Assembly: GCA_030754655.1 (NCBI GenBank)
Contig: JASLZX010000001.1
Location: 14,400 to 78,399, forward strand
Origin: Candidatus Poseidoniia archaeon
GTDB lineage: Archaea > Thermoplasmatota > Poseidoniia > MGIII > CG-Epi1
Reading direction: 5' to 3'
Length of the DNA stretch: 64,000 nt
Shown one piece after another: positions 47,067 through 56,400 of the stretch (positions within the stretch are counted from its first letter, which is position 1; each line of letters begins with the position of its first letter). The position numbers and the translations under genes are program-made. The notes beneath the pieces were generated by a model that saw only the letters and a program-made list of their open reading frames with translations, searched no databases and had not been told where the DNA came from.

Positions 47067-47756
47067 CTAGGCCGGTTGGTAATTGTAGTCAAGGAAATCC
47101 CCGGGCAGCGCTGGCTCCGCGACCGCGTCCCCGTCAGGCCACGCGCGGCTGCCGACGGAGACCAGCGCCTGCTCGCCGAACTGCAGCGCGCTCGCGAGCA
47201 GCGCGCTCGCGGCGACGGGGCGATGCGCCCGCTCCGGCGGGTCGAGCGGGTTGTGGACCAGCAGGTCGCTGCCGCGCAGCCCGGTCACCAATATCCAATG
47301 TGAAATCTCGTCCTCCTCTTCCGGGAAGAGCGCGGTCGAAACCAGCGCCAGCACCAGCCGTTCGGCGGTCAGCGCGGCGCGGATGTCGCCCAGTGCCGGC
47401 TGGCGCCGCTCCTCCGTAACGCCGTTGCGTGCGCAGAGCCGCTGCTGCATGACGTGGAAGAATTCCAGTGTGCCGGGGTCGACGCCGGCGACGCGCTCGT
47501 GGATGCGCTCCATCAGCCCCTGCCCATCGGCGCTCGAGATAATGTGCGGCCGTAAGCCTCGCAGGGCAAGCGGCGCCGCGACGCCGTAGCGGCCGCAGCC
47601 GCCGACTTCGACCGCGTTGGTCTCGCGCCACACCTCGACCTCCAGGTCGCGGTCGAGCGGGGCGGCCAAGTTGAAGTGGCCCAGCGCCATCAGCGCGCAG
47701 GCGGAGCCGCAGCTGAACTCCATCGTCTGCGCGTAGAATGGGGCTTCCAGCTTCAC
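47067..47756 (-). CDS. Peptidase C39-like (papain-fold) protein
   Basis: PFYAQTMEFSCGSACALMAL (Q/C), HWILVTG, VHNP; GTG start at 47756 inferred. Confidence 0.8.
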   Translation of the reverse strand: MKLEAPFYAQTMEFSCGSACALMALGHFNLAAPLDRDLEVEVWRETNAVEVGGCGRYGVAAPLALRGLRPHIISSADGQGLMERIHERVAGVDPGTLEFFHVMQQRLCARNGVTEERRQPALGDIRAALTAERLVLALVSTALFPEEEDEISHWILVTGLRGSDLLVHNPLDPPERAHRPVAASALLASALQFGEQALVSVGSRAWPDGDAVAEPALPGDFLDYNYQPA

Positions 47757-47778
47757 GCGCCGGCAGCGGTCCGGGGAT

Positions 47779-48441
47779 TTAGTGGCTTGCCAGCGGCAGC
47801 AGCGAATTGGCCGCGTGCTCGGTGGCGTTGGCGACGTCGTCCAGTCGCTGCGCGACGCGATACATATGCGCCGCCGCGAGCGGCGCATCGTCGCCGTGCG
47901 AGAAGACGTAGGCGGCCGTGGCGGCCTCCTTCTCATCGGCCTGGTGCTCAAGCAGGTTGACGCTGGCAATCAGCTGGTGCAGCTCCTCTTTCACCTTCGT
48001 CGCGAAGCCCGATTCCATCAGCTCCTGCAGCTTTTCGACCGCCTTTGCATATTCGTTGACCGTCGCCTGCACCGACTGCGCCTGCGCCAACAGTAGCTTG
48101 CGCGCCTGCGCATCTTCGTAGAGCGGCCGGAAGGAGATTATTTCGGTGACGTTTTCGGCGTAGTCGGCAATACGGTCCTGCCGCGTAATCATGTCGAGAA
48201 ACACCTCTTTTGAGATGGCGAGCCGTACGCTGCCGCGCATCACTCCGCGCAGCTCGTTCTTCAACCCGTCCGCCTCCAGCTCAGCGTTCGAAGTCGCCGC
48301 AATCGCCTCAGCGGTATCGCCGTCATCGCAGGCGATGGCGACGCAGCGCTCCATGTGCTCGACCGTCTCGAGCGCCTTAGCAGCGTGGCGGTAGTAGGTC
48401 TCGAAAACGCTGGGGCCGATGCGGCTCTCGAAAAACTTCAT
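47779..48441 (-). CDS. DUF47/PhoU-like phosphate transport regulator
   Basis: ELEADGLK and LEHQAD repeats, DRIADYAE, DDVANATE; directly downstream of a PiT gene. Confidence 0.85.
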   Translation of the reverse strand: MKFFESRIGPSVFETYYRHAAKALETVEHMERCVAIACDDGDTAEAIAATSNAELEADGLKNELRGVMRGSVRLAISKEVFLDMITRQDRIADYAENVTEIISFRPLYEDAQARKLLLAQAQSVQATVNEYAKAVEKLQELMESGFATKVKEELHQLIASVNLLEHQADEKEAATAAYVFSHGDDAPLAAAHMYRVAQRLDDVANATEHAANSLLPLASH

Positions 48442-49847
48442 TCTACGCCCCCCATATCTATTTCAACCCGGGGTCCCGCCCGGATGGACTTGTAGAGAAT
48501 CCAGGCAATGGCTCCCAGTATCAGGCTGACCGAGACGATGAAACGGGTCTCATCTAGCCCGAAAATCAGGTAGAGCAGGACGGCCCCGATGCCGGCGGCC
48601 GGGATGCTAGCGACCCAGCTGGCAGCAATTTTCCCGAAAACGCCGAAATCCACCGATGCAGTCCCCCTTGCCAGCCCGACCCCCACGACCGAGCCTACAA
48701 GGGTATGGGTAGTGGAAATGGGCACTGCGAGGAAAGGCAGGGAGAATAAGAGTACGACGGTTGCGGCGGCGAATTGGGCCGCGAACCCGCGCGTGGGGGT
48801 GATGTGGGTGATTTTCTCGCCAATCGTCTTCATCACGCGATGACCCCAAGTGGCGATACCAATGACGATGCCGGCGCTTCCCAGCAGCACCAGCCAGAGT
48901 GGTACCGAAGCTTCGGGGCTCAGCACGCCCACCTGGTAGACCTGCCAGACGGCCGCCATCGGCCCGATGGCGTTGGAACGGTCGTTGGCACCGTGCGCGA
49001 AGGCGACGTAGCAGGCGGTGATTATCTGGAGCCAGACGAAAATCTGCTCGACCCCCGCGTAGCCGCTCTCCTTGAACTCGTAGTTGCTCAACAGCAGGTA
49101 GAGCGCAAGGCTGGCAAATGCCCCCAGCAGCAGCGCTATCTGCAGGCTCGGCAGCGGCAGGCATTCGGCGACTGCGGCCATGAAGCTAGCGTCGACGGCG
49201 CAATCCTTGGCCGGCAGCCATGTGGCGGGCAGCAGGTGCTGGAGAGCCTTGAACTGAAGCGCCAGCCCCAGCACGAAAAAGGTCGGGAAGGCGAGTATTG
49301 GCGCCATCCAGCGGGAGCGCTGGATAGGGTCATCGGACTCCATGATGGTCATGCGAATGATCATGAAAGTCCCGTAAGCCAGCACTCCGCCCAGCAGCGG
49401 GGAAATTACCCAGCTCAGGACTATCTGGCCGACTTTGTGGAAATCGACCAGTGAAGGATCGATGAAGAGGCCGAAACCGATGATGCCGCCGATGATGCTG
49501 TGCGTCGTCGAGACCGGCAGCCCGTAGCGCGTGGCGACCGTAATCCAGAGCGCAGCCGCCAGCATGGCAGCGATGAAGCCATACTGCAACTCGCTGGAGA
49601 GGCTGGCCATCTCCTCCTCGGAAATAACCAGCACTCCCTTGCGCACCGTGTCGGTGACTGCATCGCCGGCGAAGAAGGCGCCGCAGAACTCGAAGACCGC
49701 CGCGATGATGATCGCGTTGCGCAGCGTCAATGCCCCACTCCCGACGCTGGTACCCATGGCATTGGCGACGTCGTTGGCGCCAATGTTCCACGCCATGTAC
49801 GCCGCCACCGCAATGGCGAGCAGTATCATCAGTTCGAGGCCAAACAT
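48438..49847 (-). CDS. Inorganic phosphate transporter (PiT family)
   Basis: IGANDVANAMGTSVGSG, PVSTTH, AHGAND, PISTTH signatures. Confidence 0.94.
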   Translation of the reverse strand: MFGLELMILLAIAVAAYMAWNIGANDVANAMGTSVGSGALTLRNAIIIAAVFEFCGAFFAGDAVTDTVRKGVLVISEEEMASLSSELQYGFIAAMLAAALWITVATRYGLPVSTTHSIIGGIIGFGLFIDPSLVDFHKVGQIVLSWVISPLLGGVLAYGTFMIIRMTIMESDDPIQRSRWMAPILAFPTFFVLGLALQFKALQHLLPATWLPAKDCAVDASFMAAVAECLPLPSLQIALLLGAFASLALYLLLSNYEFKESGYAGVEQIFVWLQIITACYVAFAHGANDRSNAIGPMAAVWQVYQVGVLSPEASVPLWLVLLGSAGIVIGIATWGHRVMKTIGEKITHITPTRGFAAQFAAATVVLLFSLPFLAVPISTTHTLVGSVVGVGLARGTASVDFGVFGKIAASWVASIPAAGIGAVLLYLIFGLDETRFIVSVSLILGAIAWILYKSIRAGPRVEIDMGGVE

Positions 49848-49865
49848 TGGTCGGGGCTGGCTGAG

Positions 49866-49905
49866 GGGTTAAATAAATATTTCCTATATAATTTATATAA
49901 TTTAC
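49866..49905 (-). promoter_or_regulatory. AT-rich promoter of the PiT operon with a tandem 9-bp repeat
   Basis: Minus-strand TTTATTTAA ~25 nt upstream of ATG 49847; TATATAATT x2 at ~49885-49902. Confidence 0.55.
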
Positions 49906-50318
49906 TTATTTTTTACAGTGGCGAGCAACACCTCCACCCGCGCCCGAATCTCGTCGCGCGCTGCGCGGAACGGCGCCAGCGGGTCGTCTCCCGCTGGCGC
50001 CGCTACCGGGTCCGCTATCGGCCAGTGCTCGCGCTGTGTCGCCGGTGACCACGGCAGCGCGACGCACTCCTCGCGCGCGGAGCCGCAGAGGGTGACGGCG
50101 ATATCGGCATCGCGCCACGCTGTCGCAGAGAGTGGTTTCGAGCGCTGTACGGAGATGTCGACGTTCGCTTCCGCCATCGCAGCCCCAGCGCGGCGCGAGA
50201 GGCCAGCCGGTTGGGTGCCAGCGCTCTCCACCGCGACCGCGGGCACCAGGTGGCGCGCCCATCCCTCGGCCATTTGCGAACGCACGGCATTTCCGGTGCA
50301 GACGAAGAGGATTCGCAT
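49902..50318 (-). CDS. arsC: Arsenate reductase (thioredoxin-coupled, LMW-PTP fold)
   Basis: ILFVCTGNAVRSQMAEG P-loop, SAG, TLC...C, HW..ADP, RDEI; ATG 50318. Confidence 0.85.
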   Translation of the reverse strand: MRILFVCTGNAVRSQMAEGWARHLVPAVAVESAGTQPAGLSRRAGAAMAEANVDISVQRSKPLSATAWRDADIAVTLCGSAREECVALPWSPATQREHWPIADPVAAPAGDDPLAPFRAARDEIRARVEVLLATVKNK

Positions 50319-50383
50319 CACGGCTCTACTGTGCGGCACGCCAAAAACCTGCTGGTCGCTCGTCGATAGGAGGTTGTCCCACC

Positions 50384-50434
50384 ACCCCTCTATTTCCTGT
50401 GGAAAGGTGGTACAGCAAGCTGCTTTTCCACAGG
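50384..50434. promoter_or_regulatory. ORB-like element and inverted partial copy
   Basis: Minus strand 50405->50384 TTTCCACAGGAAATAGAGGGGT; inverted TTTCCACAGG at 50425-50434. Confidence 0.5.
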
Positions 50435-50483
50435 CTACCCTAATCCAAAAACTTTAAAAGGTGGAACCAATGGCACAGGGCTT

Positions 50484-51482
50484 ATGGTCTATCTTACGCC
50501 TAAGACCACTCGCGGGCAGCAGTACTGGTATCTCGTCAAGTCGTTCAAGTTCAACGGACGCGTCGAGAAAGTGCAGCATTACCTCGGTTCCGAGAAACCC
50601 AGCGAGCGGGAACTGGAGCGGCTCAAAGCCATCCATGAGCCCGAGCTGGAGCTCGCCGCGGTCGAGCGAATGGCGAAGGCGTCGGCCGAGATGTTTCGCA
50701 CTCCCTATCTCGACACGAAAGCGCTGAAAGGGCTTGAGCGCCTGAAATTCCTGCGACGCGCGCTGAACCGTCTGCAACAGGACCGCAAGGCGCGCGAACG
50801 CGAAGCAGAGCAGTCGGAGCTGGCGGCGGTGCACGGCAACCTGATGCTCACCTCCGAACCTCTGGCGCGCGAGCAGACCGAGGCGATGCTGCTGCATGAC
50901 CGCGCGCCCGCGGGAATCCCGCTGTCGCGCGTGCTCGAAGTGCTCGCGCTGCGGCGACTCCACCGCGAGGTGGGTGAACGTATCGCGCGGCTCGACCGAC
51001 GCGCCATCCTCAAACTGCACCTCGAAGTGCGCGAGGGGCAGGGCGACGGCGGCCACCTGCGGCAGGACAGTGCCAGTCTCCCCGGCTCGGCTTTCGTCCC
51101 GCCACCGCCGGTGCTGATTGAGGACGAACTCGACGCGCTGCTCGAGTGGTGGCACGACCCGTCGCCGCTACACTCGTTCGAGCGCGCGACGCTGTTCCAC
51201 CACCGCTTCCTGCAGCTGCGGCCTTTCGAGGCTGGCAACGGCCTCGTGGCGCGACTGCTGCTCGAGGGGATGCTCGTGCGCGCGGGACTGCCTGTGCCCA
51301 TGTGGCAGCGGGAAGACCGTTCGCGCTACCTCTCGGCGCTAGTGGCAGGCGACCGCGGCGACCGCGGCCGGCTCATCAGCGGATTCTGGAAAGCGTACCG
51401 GCAGCACCACCGTTCTGGTGTCAGGGGCGAGCTCACGGCACTGAAGACTGAACCGCGCCAGGCACACCTGGAGGCTTTCTGA
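50484..51482 (+). CDS. Fic/DOC-fold protein with degenerate active-site motif
   Basis: ATLFHHRFLQLRPFEAGNGLVARLL aligns to HPFxxGNGRxxR; ILKLH, GHLR and PPP upstream; basic N-terminal beta-rich domain. Confidence 0.82.
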   Translation: MVYLTPKTTRGQQYWYLVKSFKFNGRVEKVQHYLGSEKPSERELERLKAIHEPELELAAVERMAKASAEMFRTPYLDTKALKGLERLKFLRRALNRLQQDRKAREREAEQSELAAVHGNLMLTSEPLAREQTEAMLLHDRAPAGIPLSRVLEVLALRRLHREVGERIARLDRRAILKLHLEVREGQGDGGHLRQDSASLPGSAFVPPPPVLIEDELDALLEWWHDPSPLHSFERATLFHHRFLQLRPFEAGNGLVARLLLEGMLVRAGLPVPMWQREDRSRYLSALVAGDRGDRGRLISGFWKAYRQHHRSGVRGELTALKTEPRQAHLEAF

Positions 51483-54400
51483 TTGCAACTTCTCGAACTT
51501 GAGTTCGAGAACTTTAAATCCTTCAAAGGCCACGTTACCGTCCCCTTCGGCCCCGGCTTCACCTGCATCACCGGCCCCAACGGCTCGGGCAAGAGCAACA
51601 TCACCGACGCAATCCTGTTCATCCTCGGCTCGCGCTCGACCAAACTGCTGCGCGCGCGGCGGCTGAACCAGCTAATTTTCGGCTTTCAGGAAGGCAAGAA
51701 ATCGCGCAGCACGGCGAAACACTGTCGCGTCAGCATGGTCTTCGACAACAGCGACCGCTTCCTCTCCATCGAGAGCGACCGGGTGCGCTTCACCAAGGGC
51801 GTGCGGCTGCGCGGGGGGAAGCCTACCACTTACTACCGGCTCAACGGCGACACCTCCTCGGCAGGGGAGTTCGAAGCGCTCTTCTCGCGTGCCGGACTTT
51901 ACGCGACCGGCTACAACATCATTCAGCAGGGCGACGTCATGCAGACCTCGCTTATGTCGGGCACCGAGCGCCGGCGCAAGCTGGAGGACGTCGCCGGCAT
52001 AACCGCGTACGACCAGCGGTTGCGCAAGACCCGCTCGGCGCGCGAACATGTTGGCACCGACCTGACGCTGCTCGACGAACGCATGCGCGAAGCGCAGCGG
52101 CTGCTACGACAGCTCGAGCGCGAGAAGCGTGACGCCGAACGGCTTGAGGCCATCCTGCAGCAATTGCAGGAAAACGCACTGCAGCGCAAGTGGCGCCGTG
52201 TGCTCGACCTGGAGGCAGAGCTGGAGTCGCGACGCGGACTGATTGTGCGCCACGAAAAAGAGCTGGAAGAGCTCGTGGGAGAGCTGGAAGAGCGGCAAAC
52301 TGCAATTGGGGTTCTCGAAGACTCTTATAAAAAGGTCGAAGAGGAAATTTCCGACGCGGGCGGCGACCGTGCGCGCGAGTTGCAGGAGCAGCTGGACAAG
52401 GCGCGCGTCGAACAGGCACTGGCACAGAGCAACTCCGAATCGGCTGACGCGCGGCTTGTGGAACTGGAGGCATCGCGCCGCCAGCTGGGCGATGCGCGCA
52501 AGACTGCCGCGGCGGAGCTGAAAGAGCTGCGCGACGCCCTCGATACGGCTCGGGCGGGCACCGGCGAGCTGGAAGCGCAAGTCACAACCGCCGCCAGTGA
52601 GCTGGCGCGGCTCGAGGCTTCGGCTGCCGACGGTTCGCAGGAAATCTCTGGCCAGCGCGACGCCCTCGATGCGCTGAGGCAGGCGGCGGGTGAGCTAGAA
52701 ATGCAGCGGCACCGGCTCGAGGGCGAGCGCGAGCAGCTCGAGCGACAGCTCCAGCTGGCGCGTGAGCAGTTGGAACGGTCGGAGCAATTGCTGAAAGCAG
52801 CGCGGGAGGATTCGGCTGACGCCGATTTCCAGCTGCAGGACCTCGAACTCGGGCGCAAATCGGCGGCCGATAACCTGCGCAAGGTCACCGCCAAACACGG
52901 TAAGCTTGTGAGTGAGCTGGCGCTGGCGGCCGACCGGTTGGAGCGCAGCGAGGGCAAGCTGCGCGAGGCGGCGCTGGCGCTGGCGGCCGAAGAAGCGGCT
53001 ACGCGCGCCCGCGATGAAATCGGCGGCTACGCGCGCGCGGTGCAGTCGATTCTCGCGGCGCGCGATACGGGCGAGCTGGACGGCATCGTCGGGACGATTG
53101 CAGAGCTGGGGCAGGTGGACGAAGAGCATGCGCTGGCGCTCGAGGTAGCGGCGGGCGCGCGGATGCAGTCGGTCGTCGTCAGGGATGACTCGGTTGCGGC
53201 GGAGGCTATTGCGTTCCTGAAGCAGCACAAGCTGGGGCGGGCGCGCTTCCTGCCGCTCAACCGGCTGCGCCGGTATCGCCCCGGCGCCAACGCGCTGCTG
53301 CTGGTGAAGCAGTCCGGCGCAGTCAACTTCGCGCAGGAGCTGGTGCGGTTCGACCCACGCTACGTGGACGCCTTCGGCAACGTCTTCGGCGACACGGTCA
53401 TCATGCGCAGCCTCGACGAGGCGCGCAGCTACCTCGGCAAGGGGCGCATGGTCACGCTGGCAGGCGAACTGCTCGAGGCGGGCGGCGCGATGGTGGGCGG
53501 CTTGCCACCCCGCTCGGGAATCCACTTCGGGAGCGGCACCCGCGACGACCTTGACGAGCTAGTGGTTCGCCTCGGCAGCGCCGAGGCGCGCAAGCTCGAG
53601 GCGAGCGCCACGGTGCTGGAATTACGCGAGGAATTGGCGGAAGTGGCACAGGCGAAGGCAGCGCTCGAGAGCAAGTGCTCGACCACTCAGACGCGCGTGA
53701 CCGATTTCGACGAACAGGCGACCAAGTCGGCCGACGGACTGCTACAGGCGCAGCAGTCGTTCGAGACGCGACAGGGTGCGCTGACGGCGCTCGAGGGCGA
53801 ACTGGGCGAGCGCGAAGCGGCGCTGGTCGAGCTGCAAATTACGATTACCGACCACGCCGGGAGCGTGGAGCAGGCGGCGACTGCGTTGCAGGAGCTGACC
53901 GGGGGTGTGGCGGCCGAACGGCTAGCGCAGCTCCAAGCGGCGCTCGGGCAGCAGCGCGAAAGCCTCTCGGAGGCGCGCGCCAGTGTGGCGCGTTTCGAGG
54001 CGGCCGAGGAACCCGCCGCAGGCGAGGAGCAACGACTGGAAAGCGAACTGGAGCAGAACCTGGTGGAGCAGAAGGAGCAGCAGACGCTGCGGCGCGACGA
54101 ACGCGAAACGGCGCGCAAACTGGCGCGCGAAGTCAAGGCACTGAAGGTCGAGGAAGACACCAAATTCCGCGAGCTCAAGGAATTGCGCGACCGGCGCGAC
54201 CGGCTGCGCGACGAACTGGCCGAGGCGCGCACGACGCTGGCGCAGCGCGAGGAGTTCGGGCGCGGGCGGCGGCACGCTACGGATGAACTGAAGATTGAGG
54301 TCGCGACCCGCGAGCCGAAGCTGGTCGAGGCGCAGCAGCGGCTGCCCGAAAAGGCGGAGCAGCCTCCAAAGGTCGGCGGCAGCGAGCAGCTAGAGGCGCA

Positions 54401-55067
54401 GCGCGAGACGCTCGAGGGGCAGCGCGGGCGGCTCGGCAACGTCAACATGCTTTCGCTCGAGCACTACCGGCAGGAGGAGGAGCGGCTGGCGCGCATCCGC
54501 GAGGACCGCAAGCAGCTGCGGCGGGAGGTGAGGCGGCTCGAGGCGCTCGAAGCCAAGATATCGGCGCGCAAGCTTGAGCGCTTCAGCGAAGTTTATAAAC
54601 ATATCGACGAGAACTTCCAGTCCACTTTCACTGAGCTTACCGGCGGCGGTAAGGCGTGGCTGGAGCTGGAGAAGCCGGAAACCGTCTTCGACGGCGGCGT
54701 CTCAATCAAGGCACGCATGCCGCGCAAGCGGCTCTTCCCGGTCGAGGCGCTTTCCGGCGGCGAGAAATCGCTCGTCAGCATGGCATTCATCTTCGCCATC
54801 CAGCGCTACGACCCGAGTCCGTTCTACCTGCTCGATGAGCCGGACCAGAACCTGGACGGCGTCAACACCGAGCACATCGGCCGCGCGATTGCGCTGCAGT
54901 CGGCGGTGGCGCAGTTCCTCGTCGTGAGCCTGCATCACGCCGCGCTGCGCGAGGCAGCACACGTGATTGGGGTCTTCATGGGCGACGACGGTGTTTCGCA
55001 CCTGCACCAGATTCACGATGTCGACCACTTCATCGCTTCGCTGCCCACTGAGGAGGTGGCGGCGTGA
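51483..55067 (+). CDS. smc: Chromosome segregation protein SMC
   Basis: ENFKSF, GPNGSGKSN Walker A, IIQQGD Q-loop, hinge (GRARFLPLN, VTLAGELL..GG), LSGGEKS, LLDE; TTG start after GGAGG. Confidence 0.96.
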   Translation: MQLLELEFENFKSFKGHVTVPFGPGFTCITGPNGSGKSNITDAILFILGSRSTKLLRARRLNQLIFGFQEGKKSRSTAKHCRVSMVFDNSDRFLSIESDRVRFTKGVRLRGGKPTTYYRLNGDTSSAGEFEALFSRAGLYATGYNIIQQGDVMQTSLMSGTERRRKLEDVAGITAYDQRLRKTRSAREHVGTDLTLLDERMREAQRLLRQLEREKRDAERLEAILQQLQENALQRKWRRVLDLEAELESRRGLIVRHEKELEELVGELEERQTAIGVLEDSYKKVEEEISDAGGDRARELQEQLDKARVEQALAQSNSESADARLVELEASRRQLGDARKTAAAELKELRDALDTARAGTGELEAQVTTAASELARLEASAADGSQEISGQRDALDALRQAAGELEMQRHRLEGEREQLERQLQLAREQLERSEQLLKAAREDSADADFQLQDLELGRKSAADNLRKVTAKHGKLVSELALAADRLERSEGKLREAALALAAEEAATRARDEIGGYARAVQSILAARDTGELDGIVGTIAELGQVDEEHALALEVAAGARMQSVVVRDDSVAAEAIAFLKQHKLGRARFLPLNRLRRYRPGANALLLVKQSGAVNFAQELVRFDPRYVDAFGNVFGDTVIMRSLDEARSYLGKGRMVTLAGELLEAGGAMVGGLPPRSGIHFGSGTRDDLDELVVRLGSAEARKLEASATVLELREELAEVAQAKAALESKCSTTQTRVTDFDEQATKSADGLLQAQQSFETRQGALTALEGELGEREAALVELQITITDHAGSVEQAATALQELTGGVAAERLAQLQAALGQQRESLSEARASVARFEAAEEPAAGEEQRLESELEQNLVEQKEQQTLRRDERETARKLAREVKALKVEEDTKFRELKELRDRRDRLRDELAEARTTLAQREEFGRGRRHATDELKIEVATREPKLVEAQQRLPEKAEQPPKVGGSEQLEAQRETLEGQRGRLGNVNMLSLEHYRQEEERLARIREDRKQLRREVRRLEALEAKISARKLERFSEVYKHIDENFQSTFTELTGGGKAWLELEKPETVFDGGVSIKARMPRKRLFPVEALSGGEKSLVSMAFIFAIQRYDPSPFYLLDEPDQNLDGVNTEHIGRAIALQSAVAQFLVVSLHHAALREAAHVIGVFMGDDGVSHLHQIHDVDHFIASLPTEEVAA

Positions 55068-55906
55068 GTCTGGTCGAGAACCACCTGCTGTTCCACAAGG
55101 CCATCGTGGGAAGCGATACGGAGCGGGTCGACGACTATCTCGGCCTGGCTCAGGCTTCCGAGGCGGGGGCTGAAATCACCGCCATCGAGGACCCGCTGGC
55201 GCGCAGCATCGCGGTGCTGTTCCAGCTGGTGCGCGAGCACGAACTGGACCCGTGGCAGCTCGACCTCGGATTTGTGCTTCAGGAATACCAGCAGCATGCG
55301 CTGCGCGCCGACGCGCTCGATTTTCCACTCGCGGGCGCCATCCTAGGCTGGGCCTGGGATGTGCTACGGCTGCGCTCGGCGGGTGCGGTCGTGGCGAGCG
55401 AGCCGCTCCCCGAGCCACAGGCAGAGTGGGAGCCATTCGACTTCGGCTGGGAACCGACTTACGCCGAGCGGCTCGAGATGGTCGCCGAGCCGCCGCTGGA
55501 GGAGGCACTCCGTTTCCGTGGCGAACGGCGGGTGACGCTGATGGAGCTGGTGGGCGCGCTGGAAGAGGCGCGGCAGGTCGAGCTGGAACACCGCGCGCGA
55601 ATGTCGCGGCGCAAGCAGCTGCGCGAGGAGCGGAAGACTATGCTGGACGACCGCGCCAGTCATCTGGGCGATAAAATCCACACCGATGACCCGGCACTCT
55701 ACAAGGAGCAGGTGTGGCAGAAAATCAGCGCGCTGAATGGCAAGCCGATTCCGCTCGGCCAGCTGGTTGACGCTCCCGAGCGTTCCAGCGTCGTGCGCAC
55801 CTTCGTCGGCTCGCTCTTCCTGGCGCGCGAAGGACGCATCGAAATCCAGCAGAAGGACCTGCTCAGCCACTCAATTTACATCCGCAACCGGGAGGCGGCG
55901 GGCTGA
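55064..55906 (+). CDS. scpA: Segregation and condensation protein A (kleisin)
   Basis: LDPWQLDL, LRLRS, RRVTLMELVGAL, FVGSLFLA..GRIEIQQ; GTGA overlap with smc. Confidence 0.88.
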   Translation: MSLVENHLLFHKAIVGSDTERVDDYLGLAQASEAGAEITAIEDPLARSIAVLFQLVREHELDPWQLDLGFVLQEYQQHALRADALDFPLAGAILGWAWDVLRLRSAGAVVASEPLPEPQAEWEPFDFGWEPTYAERLEMVAEPPLEEALRFRGERRVTLMELVGALEEARQVELEHRARMSRRKQLREERKTMLDDRASHLGDKIHTDDPALYKEQVWQKISALNGKPIPLGQLVDAPERSSVVRTFVGSLFLAREGRIEIQQKDLLSHSIYIRNREAAG

Positions 55907-56400
55907 GCGCCGTCGCGGCAGAGGCGGCGCTCTTCTCCGCTGGCCGGCCGCTGACACCGCAAGAAGTCGCCGAAGCGACCGGGCTCTCCCGCCGGACGGC
56001 GGAAACGGCGCTGCAGGAGCTGGTCGACGCCTGCCGCGACCGTGAAGGCGCGCTGGAGATTGTACAGCTTGGTCCCAAGTATGCGCTGCAGTTGCGCCGC
56101 GGCGCCATCGAGTATGGACGCCGGCTGGCACCGCAGGAAATCCCCGGCCACCTGCTACGGACGCTGGCACTGGTGGCACACGAGCAACCGATGCTACAAT
56201 CGGAGCTCAAGCGCCGCATGGGAGACCGGGTCTACGAACACGTTGGCGAGCTGCTCGAGCTGGGAATGCTCGAGCGCGAGCGAAGCGGTCGCAGCTTCGC
56301 GCTCTCCGTGACCGAGGCGTTCGACGAGTATTTCGGCATCGGCGCAACAACGCAGGCGGAGCGACGCGCTTTTCTGGAGCAGGCGCTCGGCGCCCCGTGA
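55903..56400 (+). CDS. scpB: Segregation and condensation protein B, probable CTG start
   Basis: Frame of ORF 56092-56400 extends upstream through EAALFSAGRPL to CTG 55903; LRTLALVA..QP, YEHV.EL, T..F..YFG. Confidence 0.88.
   Translation: MSAVAAEAALFSAGRPLTPQEVAEATGLSRRTAETALQELVDACRDREGALEIVQLGPKYALQLRRGAIEYGRRLAPQEIPGHLLRTLALVAHEQPMLQSELKRRMGDRVYEHVGELLELGMLERERSGRSFALSVTEAFDEYFGIGATTQAERRAFLEQALGAP

Noticed and set aside
51483-56400. SMC operon as a Wadjet/Mks or Lamassu defence system
   Set aside because: Canonical hinge-containing SMC with ScpA and ScpB, no JetD/Toprim nuclease, host-like composition.
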